From contig QPMI01000167.1 of assembly GCA_004431415.1 (NCBI GenBank), forward strand, positions 62,001 to 126,000: a DNA stretch of 64,000 nt, read 5' to 3'. The translations under genes and the position numbers were made by a program. The notes below the pieces were generated by a model, which searched no databases, was not told where the DNA came from, and was given only the letters and a program-made list of their open reading frames with translations. This DNA comes from Cyanophora paradoxa CCMP329 (lineage: Eukaryota; Plantae; Glaucophyta). Position 1 is the first letter of the stretch. The number at the start of each line of letters is the position of its first letter. Shown here piece by piece: positions 13,260-22,999 of this stretch.

Positions 13260-13285
13260 TAGCTAGCGCAGCTAGCTAGCTACAG

Positions 13286-13703
13286 CTAAAGCTTAAGCTG
13301 CAGGCGCTGCCTCTTCGCCGGTGGCGGGGCCGCCGACGAGGAGCCGGGCGCCTCAGGGTCCGGATCGGGTGCGGGGTCCGGGGCCGGGGCTCGAGCTCGT
13401 GCCGGGACGTCGACGGCCGCGACGTCGACCTCCAGCGGAGGGGTTTTCCCGTCGGCGTCGTCCGCACCCGAGGCCTTCCGAAGCGTGATGTTCCTGCGAG
13501 AAATGTAACGCGGCGGGGCAGGGAAAACGTTAACTGGGGCCGCGGTGCGCGTGCGCGCGCACGCACCGCGCCCCGTTGAAGTCGCGGTCCATGGTCGCCC
13601 CGCACGCCGGGCAGCGGAAGACCTTGTTGCCCCGGAGCTTGCTGTGGATGTGCCCGCAGTTCCCGCACGTCTTGGAGGTGTAGTCCTCGCGGACGATGTA
13701 GAG
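13286..13703 (-). pseudogene. Fanzor/TnpB C-terminal remnant (Zn finger + RuvC-III) with a spliceosomal intron and NLS
   Basis: Exon 13703-13567 LYIVREDYTSKTCGNCGHIHSKLPGNKVFRCPACGATMDRDFNGA; GT-AG intron 13566-13494; exon RNITLRK...PPPAKRQRLQLKL*. Confidence 0.88.
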
Positions 13704-13805
13704 CTGGCAGAGAGGCAGGTCTGAGCTCAGTGAGCTCAGTGAGCTGGCAGAGCTGGCTCTGAGCTGCAGCTGCGGGGATACTCAAATTCGAGCCGCAGCT
13801 TGAGA

Positions 13806-14825
13806 ATGGTCCCCGACCCGCGGCCGACTCCGGCTCCCGCAGCACATGAAGACGGAATCTCGCTGGCAGCTGCCGCGCTCGCGGATCCGGTTCTGAGCAA
13901 GCGCCCTGCAGTTTACCTCGCAGGCAAGTTCGCCTCCATCCTGCTTGCAATCCTATTGCGATATTGTCGCGAGACGCAAAAGCTAAGCACGATTTGTCTC
14001 TCTGCGCAGGCCCCGCAGTGTTCCGAAAGGATGTCGTTCAGGTTCGATTCAAACTGCCTTGCCTTCCGCCGCCCAGCATGCAGCCGTGGGCATCAGATAG
14101 ATCTAGATTCATGCTACGCGCAGCACGCACAAGAGCTCCGTGCCGAGTGCTCGAGAAGAAATTTGCGGTGAGGCGCCCAGCGTCTTCGCCGTCCCCGCGC
14201 TCATAGCAGTGCAGCGGGCTGTTCCCCATCGATAACCTGGTAACAAAGGATCCAGCGGCGCTCCCGGCGCACGTCATTTACCGAGGTCTCCTGACTGGCT
14301 ATCGCTGCGAGCGCGGCTGATAGAACTGCAGCGAACTGCGAGCTGATAGATGCGGCGGACGCGGTGGTTGCGGACGCGTCGCCATTCCGTGGCCCGTCGC
14401 TGGACGCCGGGACCTCCTTCGAGATCGGCTACGCGGCGGCGAAGGGCAAGCCAATCGTGCGCCCTCCAGGCCTCGAGCTGCGGCGGGGCGGCTCGCTAAC
14501 GCCGCGCCCCTCCACAGTTCCTGTACACGTCCGCCTTCGGCAGCAACTACGTGCAGCGCGTCCTCGCCTTCGGTCCGCCCCGCCCCGCCGCCGGCCCCGG
14601 CCCCGGGGGCGCCCGCTGAGGGGTGCCGCCGGCCCCGGCCCAGACGCGGGGTGCAGGCGGGAGGGGGGCGCGTGGCGGGACTCGAACGGGATGGAGGTAG
14701 AGTCGTTCGACCAGCACGACAACCTGATGATCGCCTGCGCCGCGCGCGCCCTCCTCCCCACCTTCCTGGAGGCCCTCGACGCCGCCGCCAAGCACCTCGC
14801 CGCCTCCCACCCCGCCCCCAGGTAG
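13806..14825 (+). CDS. Nucleoside 2-deoxyribosyltransferase family protein
   Basis: VYLA-GPAVF, DAVVADASPFRGPSLDAGTSFEIGYAAAKGKPI, VESFDQHDNLMI. Confidence 0.85.
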
Positions 14826-15067
14826 CCCGCCCCCGCGAGGGGGCCCCCGCACCCGCCCACCGCCCCCTTCATTCTTCCCCCACCTTGTCCCTCCGGCCCT
14901 TCATTTCTCGCCCCTACTCAACCCCTCTGACCGGCCCGTCTTGCCAACTTCGCCCCTTCCCGCCCTCATTTTCTGCTTTTCCGAGCCGAAAGCTCGCTTT
15001 GCGTCTTTGAAATTAAAATAACGCTCCTGCCTCTCAGAGTCTGGTAAAATCGCGCGGGGGGGGGCAG

Positions 15068-17093
15068 CTAGTGGGAGGGGGAGGCGGCGGCCTTGGCGGC
15101 CTTGGCCTTGGCTCTCCGCTTCGCGTTCTTCGCCCGCGTCTTAGCCGAGCCGCCCGCCTCGCCTTCCTCCTCGCCCCCCTCCTCGCCCCCCGCCCCCCGC
15201 GAGGAGGCACCCGCCGGGCGCCCCACTTTGACCCCTGCGCCGCGCTCTTAGCGCGGGCAGGCCGGCTGGGGCGGGGCGGGCGGGGCGCGCCGGCGGGGCC
15301 GCTGCTGACGGGGACGCCCTTGGCCTTGCCCTTGGCGGGGCCTCTCCTGCGGGGCGGGCCGCCGGGGGCCATGCCGAAGGGGATGCCCATCGCGGGCCCC
15401 ATCCCGCCCATGCCCATCATCATCGCCAGCAGCGCGTCCTCGAGCTCCTCCTGCCCCGCCTCCTCGTCCTCGTCGTCCTCCTCCTCCCCGGGGCCGGCCT
15501 CCTGCAGCTGCTCGAACCACGCCATCGCCTGCGCCCCGCCCCGCCGCTCGCTTGCCGCCGGCAGGCCCAGCGGAGGGGCGGGCCGGGGCGGACGGCGGGC
15601 TTGTGCTCCTTGGCGAAGTGCGCGCGCATGAGGTTCTCTGTGCTCAGCACCTTCCCGTCCAGCCCGCACCGCAGCCGCCCGTCTGCCCCCCGCCCGCCCC
15701 TCGGCCCCCGCCCCGCACGTGCGCACGCGGTCGGGGGCCCAGCGTACCGCGGGTGTTCTCCTGGATGTTCTCCAGCATGAAGCTGCGGCGGGGCGGGGCG
15801 GGGCGGGGCGGGGCGGGGCGGGTGAGGCGGGGCGGGGCGGGCGGGGGCGGGGGCGGACGCGTCGAGGATCTCGTCCTCCTCGAGCTCGCGGAGCTCCTCC
15901 TCGTCCAGCTCCTCCCCCATCCCCGCCGGCCCCCGCCTGCGCCCCTCGCTCGCCCCCGCCCCCACGCCGCGCGCCCCAGGCAGGGCGGCGGACGCACATG
16001 CCAGGGGGCACCCCCATGCCCATGCCGGGCGGCATGCCCATGCCCGGCATGAAGAAGAACTCCTGCGGCACGCCGCCCCCCGAGCCCCCGCCCCTCCCCT
16101 TCCCCTTCTTCCCCTTCCCCTTCTTCCTGCCCCCTGCCGCCGGCCGTCAGCGTGGGTCGGCGGGCGGGCGGGGCGGGGCGCGCCGCGGCGAAAGCCCGGG
16201 CGGTCGTCCTCGTCGCTGTCGTCCATGAAGATCATGCCGGGGCCGAACGGCTGCAGGCCCGTCACCGCCCGGCCGGCCCTGGCGCTGGGCGGGGGCGGGG
16301 GCGGGAAGCGGGGCGCGCCATGCCCATGCCGGGGCCGGAGAAGAGAAAGTGGGCCATGTCCATGCCGAACATCTCCGAGAAGTGCGACATGAAGTCTTCC
16401 ATGTCGAAGTCCTCGTCGTGGTCCAGCTCCCCCCGGTCGTACCTGCCGCCCCGCCCCCTCGCTCCCCGCCCCGGCCCCACCCGCCCCGGCCCGACCCGCC
16501 CCGCAGTTCCCGCGCACGCTGCACGCTTCTCCGGATCCGACAGCACCGCGTACGCCTCCGACAGCTCCTGCGCGCCGCTCCGTCAGCGGTCCACGCCGAC
16601 GTTCTTGGGAGCGCGGGATCGTGGAATTCAAATGGCTCTCCACGGGGCACATGAAGCTCTGCCCCGCCGCTCTAGAACAGACCGATTAGTCGCGCTTCCA
16701 GCGCTTTGGAGCTTTGGAGGCCGCACGCGAGGCGCAGTCGCCCGCCGGATCATTGCCCGCCGCGACCCATGCCGGCATGCGTGCGGGCTGCGGTCGCGTT
16801 CGACGTTCGACGCACCTGGAACTTCTTTGTAGCCTCCGGATCATCGGGGTTCTGCGCAGAGCGCCGGCCGTGAGCGGCAGCGGAGATGGCGGAGCGCGAC
16901 TGGGGACTTGACGGCTCGCCTTGTCGGGGTGCAACTTCACTGCTAGCTTGCGGTATGACTGCGGACGCCGCATTTCAGGGGCGCAGGCGACGCAGTGATT
17001 CGCTGGCTCTGGCGCCATGCGCGCCTTTTTGATCTCGTCATCTGGCGCATCCTTCTCGATCTGCAGCACCGCGTAGAAGTCGATGTGTGCCAT
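15068..17093 (-). CDS. J-domain protein with Gly/Met-rich region and degenerate C2H2-like finger
   Basis: [55 protein letters not shown]; later CGLDGKVLSTENLMRAHFAKEH. Confidence 0.88.
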
Positions 17094-17187
17094 TTTTTTG
17101 CCGGAGGGGTAGAGCTACCGTAGACGCCGGAGGGGATCGCGGTCTCTCAGGACCAGGAGCGATGCCTCGATAGCGATCGATGAATCG

Positions 17188-20100
17188 ATGAAGAGCTGGT
17201 TCAAGAAGAAAGAACAGCCCGGCCCGCCGCCGGCCGCAGCGGCGCGGCACGGAGCCGGCGGCGGACCGGCGAGTCGCGGGGCGGCTCCTCCCGCCACCTC
17301 TTCGTCTGCAGCGAAACCGGAGCCCGTTGCGAGTCTCTACATCGCCCCACGGACTCCGGTTCGCCCCGTGGAGCGTAAGGAGCGAAAGCATCAACCTGCA
17401 GACGAGGATGCCACTGTCCAGTTCCAAATGCCTTATAGCCTCCTCGCCGGTGCGCATTGTTTGCGCTCCGGGGCGCTGCGCGCGTGCGGCACCTGTCAGT
17501 ATGAAAACCTGGCCCCAGTGTGCTGGGACCCGGCGCACGAGAGGGATAAGCAGGCTCCGATCGAGTTCGCGGACATCCCTTCCAGCGTGCCGGCGGGGCG
17601 CGGGATGGTCAACTCGGACGCGTTCCAGCGGGCGCTCGGTGAGAAGGAATGGAAAGTGAGTAGCAGTCGCCGCTCGCGACGCCGCTGGCTGCACAACATC
17701 GCACGCGCGCGGGGCGTAAGCGCTCCGCTCGATGATTTGTGCTGACCTCACCCTGCCAGCCGTACTTCCACTTCCTGGCCGACCACGTCGACGGGGACCC
17801 GTACAAGTGCGCGGGCCGCCCCCTGCGCCGCCGGGCCGTCGCTGAGCGGTGCGCGCAGGGAGTTGCTGGTGTTCGGCACGCGGGAGGCGGGGCCCGTCGC
17901 GGAATCCATCGCCGCCTGCCGCAAAGTCATCCCAGAGGCGAGCCGGGCCGGGGCGGGGCGGGGGGCGGGGGCGGCGGCTGAGGCGGGGGCAGATCTTCTT
18001 CGACCCGAACTTCGACCTGGAGGACCCGAAGACGTTCGAGCTGGCGATCCCGAAGATGTACGAGGCCAAGTTCCTCGAGGGGCGCCTCGGCGAGTACCAG
18101 GACGCCGTCGAGGTCCAGCTCATGCGCCACGTCGCCGTCCGCTCCGTCGCCTTCTTCGAGGCCCGCCCCCGCCCCCGCCCCGCCCCGGCCGGCCCCGCGC
18201 GGGGGCCGAGGGTGGCGGCGCGGGGCGCAGAACCTGGAGACGCTGAAGACGCTGAAGCGGGAGGTGCAGCGGACGGTGGTGGAGATCCAGGCGCTGCGGC
18301 ACGTCCTCTCGAACATGGAGCGGAGCATGGTGCACGCGCACCTCCGCGTGGCGCAGCTGCAGCGGCGGCGCCTCAACATGTCCAAGCTGTACGCCTACCT
18401 GAAGATGGCGAGCACGGTGACGAAGACGCAGGAGGCGGTGCAGATGCTGCTCGCGACGAGCCACTACGTGGAGGCCCTCGAGCTCATCGAGCGCGCGCGC
18501 GGCATCATCGCCGACGAGCTCGCCGGCATCCGCGCCCTCCGCTACCAGGACCTCGAGCTCGAGGACGTGCGCGCCACCGTGGGGAGCATGATGGAGGCCG
18601 AGCTCGTGAACCTGCTCGTCGAGGGGAGCGGGCGGCAGCGCGAGCGGCCCTTCCTCCACGAGCGCTTCGCCGCCCTCGCGCACCGCGCCGGCCACGGGCC
18701 CGACACGCCCCGCGACGAGCCCGAGGCCCGCGCCGGCTTCAACCTCTCCCTCGAGGTCGGCGCGCCGGCGGGGCCCGGCTTCCGCCGCAGCATCTCCCTC
18801 CAGGAGAACATCGCCCGCATCGCCGACGCCGTCGAGAGCGCCCGCGACCGCCCGCCCCGCTCCCCGCGCCCCGCCCCCGCCGGGCCCGCCTGGGCCGCCC
18901 GCCGTCGCCTGGTGCGCCCCCCGCGGCGTCGCCGGCGAGCGCGGGGCGGGGCGGGGAGCGAGGGGGGCCCCGGGGGCAGGCGGAGGCGGCGGAGCGGCAG
19001 CAGCAGGAGGCGGAGTTCCGCGTGCGCCCTCGCCCTCCCTCGCCGCCCCCGCCCTGCGCCGAGGGGCGGGGCGGCAGGGGCACGTGGGGACGCTGGCCGA
19101 GCACCTGCTGGGGGCGGGGCGCCTCGGGCACGCCCTCCTCGCCTGCCAGGATGCCGTCCGCCGCGAGCTCAACAAGATCGTCCGCAAGGTGCCCCCCGCC
19201 CCGCACCCCCCGCCCCCTCCCGCCCGCCCCCGCCTCGGCGACGTGATGATCCTCTTACATGTCTTCAAAGTTCCCTGAACTCCCGTGTTGACGCGAATCT
19301 AATCTGATCCCCGCGCCCCGCCCTTGACCCGTCCCTGCCGCGCCGCCCACGCGCTAACCTCCGCCCGCCTCGCCGCCTCCCGCGCCCTCTGCCCCCACTC
19401 TTCAGGTTCGCCCTTTGTCCTCTTCTGCGCGCTACTCCTAGACGGCACGACGTGATGAACCTTTCTATATAGTCTTCAAAGTTCCCTGAACAATCCTGTT
19501 GACGCTTTAAAATCTGATCCCTGCCGGCCCTCGCCACTGCCCCCGCTCCGCGCTCGCTCCTCCGCCCCCGTGCTGATCTGCGTCCTTGCTCGCGCCCGCC
19601 AGGTTCGCCCCGCGATCGCGGACGCTTCCCTCTCCCCCGGGAGTCCACGTGATGAATCTTTTCATTCTAGTCTTCAAAGTTCCCCGAACAGCCGTGTGGA
19701 TGCATGCATTCTGATCGCCTGCCCCTCTCCTCCCCTCCCCGCCCCCTCTTCCCTGCCCCCGTGTCCTGACCATCGCCCTCTCCCGTCTCCCCGCTTTACC
19801 CGGCCGCGCTCATCAGGTCCGCTCCTCCCTTGCCCGCTGCTCCCCCTCCAACGCGCCGCCATGTGATGAGCCCTTCATCTATAGTCTTCAAAGTTCCCTG
19901 ACCCCTGATGACCACTTCTAGCCTGATCGCGCGCCGCGCTAATCCTGGCGGCTGCACCTCGGGGCCGGGTGCGGGCGGCGACTGACCCCGCTGCAGGCGA
20001 TCGTGACTGCGGACGCCGGCCTCGCGGCGATGTTCCCCGCCCAGACCAACGCCTGGCGCGCGCCCCCTCGCTCCTTCCCCCGGCCCCCGCCTCACGCGCC

Positions 20101-22580
20101 CCGCCAGGACGGAGCACGAGCGGGACGAGCCGCTCACGGGGGGCCCGATGGGCCGCTGCCTGCAGGGGATGGACCACCCGCAGTTCGTGACGGTGGCGGG
20201 GTACGTCTTCTCGGCGCTGTACGGGCTGCTCGAGCGCGCCGCCATCGCCCGCGACGTCGTCCTCTCCGCCGTCCGCCCCGCCCGCCCCGCCCCCCGCCCC
20301 AGCGCCCCCGACCCCGAACCCGCAGGTCGCCCGCGCCTCGGCCCTCGCCGCCACCCGCCGCTCCTTCGACGGCCCCGCCCCGCCCCGCCGCTCCTACGAC
20401 GGGAGCGCCCCGCGGCCCTCGGGCAGCGCCTCCGGCAGCGCCGCCGGCGACCCCAGCGACTCCCACGGCGACCGCCGCGTGCGCCGGCGCCCTCGCGCGC
20501 CCGGACGGCGGGGCGTGACGACGGGGCGGGGGCAGAGCGAGCGGGAGGGAGGGTTCGGGGGGACGGCGGCTCGACCTACTCGGACCTCGACCCGTGCGCC
20601 CCGCCCCGCCCGGGCCCCTCTCGGAGCAGCAGCCGAGGCCGCCGGCAGGGCCGCGCAGCTGCGGGGCCGGGGCGGCGGGGCCGAGGCGGGGCTGGTGCAG
20701 CAGGCCGTGGGCCTCGTGGCGGGGGTCTTCGGGGCGGTGGCGGCCAAGGGGGGCAGCTCTTCGAGCAGCGCGCCGCCGTCACCCTCCGCCTCCAGCCGGC
20801 CGACTTCCGCGAGGCCCGCCCGCCCGCCCGCCCCGCCCGCCCCGCCCCGCGCGGCCCCGTGCGAGGCGGGGCGCAGTACTTCGAGTCGGCGCTGGGGTTC
20901 GCGGAGGCGGTGGAGGAGGCGGCGGCGCGGCGGGCCCCCGCGCTGCGGGCGGCCCTCGCGGGGCAGGGGCGGGCGTACCTGGCGGCGCTGCACGAGAAGC
21001 GCACGGCGGCGCTGGGGGCGCTGCTCGAGGGGGAGCCCTGGGTGGAGGCCCCCGTGCCGGCAGAGATCCAGGCCATGGCCGACGCCCTCGCCGCCCCCGC
21101 GCCCCCGGCCCCGCGCCAACACCCCTCCTCCCCCTCGACTCCCCCGCCCCCACGCCCCGACCCGGCCCTCGCCGCCCCGACCCCGTCCGCCCCGCAACCG
21201 CCCCGCCGCCGAGCGCCGCGGCGCCCTCGCCGAACCCCTTCGTCAACGCGCCCCACGCGGAGGCGGAGGGCCGCGCGAGGAGCCCCTTGCCCCCGCATCC
21301 GTGCGCGCCGCCGGCCCCGGGGCGCCGGGGGTGCGTGGCGCGGGTGACGGGGCGCAGGGGTGCAGCCGCTGCCGCTCTCGTCGCGGGCCTTCCACCGGCG
21401 GGGGACGTCGCCCTCGCCCACGCCCTCGCCCCGCGCCTCCCCGCCCCGCTCCCGGCCCCGCTCCCCGCTCCCCGCCCCCACGCACTCCCCACGCCCCGCC
21501 CTCGCCCGCGCGGGGCGCCCGCCGAGGAGCCCCCGAGCCGCCCTCGATGCAGTCCCGCGTGACCGTCGCGGGGCAGCCCTTCGCCGTCCGCCCCCGCCCC
21601 CGGCGCCGCCTCGCGCTCGACTGAGGCGGGGGGCGGCGGCTGGCGCGCAGGCGATCGGGGCGCTGCTGATGCTGGTCCAGATGGTGCACGAGTACATCGC
21701 GCTGGGGGCCTGCTCCCGCCCCTCGCCCCGACGCCGCCCACCGCGCCGCCGACCTCCTCCGCGCCTTCCTCGCCCGCCTCCGCGAGGCCGCCGAGGAGCC
21801 CGGCGCCGCCCTCACCCAGATCGGCCCGCCCCGCCCCGCGCCGCCCCGCCCAGCCCTCCCCGCTGACGGCCGCGCAGCGCTGGCCTCGCAGGCGCTCAGC
21901 TTCCTGCTCGCGCTTCTCCCGCTCCTCGCCAGCAGGCTCCGCGCCGAGATCCCCGCTCCGGCCCCGGCCCCGCAGCGGCCCCCGCGGGGGACGGGGGAGC
22001 GGGGCGGGGGCGGGGGCGGGGCGGAGGGTCACCCGGCGTGCGAGCTGGAGGCGCTGGTGTCGGAGTGCATCGGGGAGCGGAAGGAGCTCTTCGGGCGGCT
22101 CGTGCGGGCTGTGGACGACCGGGTGGCGGCCCACGTGCGCGGCCTCGCGCAGGCCGCCCCCTGGAGCGACCCGGCGCGCATCCCCTTCGGGCCCCTCCTC
22201 CTCCGCGAGGTCCTCTCCGCGCACCGCGCCCTCCAGCCCCTCCTCCCCGCCGACCAGCTCTCCGTCATCTTCGTCCGCATCGGCGGCGCCCTCGCCGACC
22301 GCCTCGCCGACACCCTCTCCAAGCTCAAGGCCCGCCCCGCCCCCGCCCCGCCCCGCCCCGCCCCGGCTGACGCCGCCGCCGCTGCAGCTCTCGGGGGCGG
22401 AGGCGCGGCTGCGGGCGTACGAGGACATCGTGCGCCCCCCCCAGGGGGGCCCCCAGCGGGGCGGGCCTGACGGGGCGCGCGGGGCAGATGTACACGGTGG
22501 CGACGCTGCGCTCGATCGACATCCACGTCGACGGCCTCGCCGCCCTCGAGCGCCTCGCCAAGACACGCTTCGGCAAGTAG
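17188..22580 (+). CDS. VPS54: GARP tethering complex subunit VPS54; snoRNA host gene
   Basis: IFFDPNFDLEDPKTF..RLGEYQDAVEVQLMRHVAVRSVAFFE; VQMLLATSHYVEALELI; YLAALHEKRTAALGALLEGEPWVEAPVP. Confidence 0.85.
19243..19307 (+). ncRNA. Box C/D snoRNA copy 1
   Basis: C GTGATGA 19243, guide GTCTTCAAAGTTC, D' CTGA 19275, C'-like GTGTTGA, D CTGA 19304. Confidence 0.88.
19452..19517 (+). ncRNA. Box C/D snoRNA copy 2
   Basis: C GTGATGA 19452, guide AGTCTTCAAAGTTC, D' CTGA 19486, D CTGA 19514, flanking CGGCA/TGCCG stem. Confidence 0.88.
19649..19714 (+). ncRNA. Box C/D snoRNA copy 3
   Basis: C GTGATGA 19649, guide AGTCTTCAAAGTTC, D' CCGA 19684, D CTGA 19711. Confidence 0.85.
19863..19926 (+). ncRNA. 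Box C/D snoRNA copy 4
   Basis: C GTGATGA 19863, guide AGTCTTCAAAGTTC, D' CTGA 19898, C' CTGATGA 19905, D CTGA 19923. Confidence 0.88.
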
Positions 22581-22999
22581 AGCCGCCCCCCGCCCTCCCA
22601 CCCGCCCCACCACACCTCCCAGCACTCTTCCCCTCTTCCATTTCTGTTTGCCTCTCTCTTCTTTCGCTGTCCGATCAAACTCAGGAACCTTACGAATCTA
22701 AAGCTAAGGAACAAGCGTGTTAAAAAACACGCGGGGTTGGTCTAAAAAGGCGCGGGCCGGTGCACAGCGCTCGGTGTGCCGCAGTGCTGCGGAGAGCAGT
22801 CTTTGCAGGGCCGCGGACGCGGAGGCGGGAGAGTCTCGACGGTCATGGCGCCGAGCGCCGAGCCGCTGCCTGCCGACCCGGTCGCGATAGCTCTGGCAGC
22901 AGCGGCCGGCGCGGCTCACCTTGCGGCCCCCGACGCAGTCGAGGGGGGGGGCCCGGGGGCGCCCTGGGACTGTCGGCTGGGGCATGAAGCGGGCGGTCC

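Noticed and set aside
13276-13950. 224-aa minus-strand ORF as an intact Fanzor
   Set aside because: It is in a different frame from the TnpB motifs; RuvC-I/II are absent and there is no room upstream
19243-19926. CRISPR-like array (repeated GTCTTCAAAGTTCC with unique spacers)
   Set aside because: Period is about 200 nt, the conserved part is short and bracketed by C/D boxes, the context is a eukaryotic intron, and no cas genes are present
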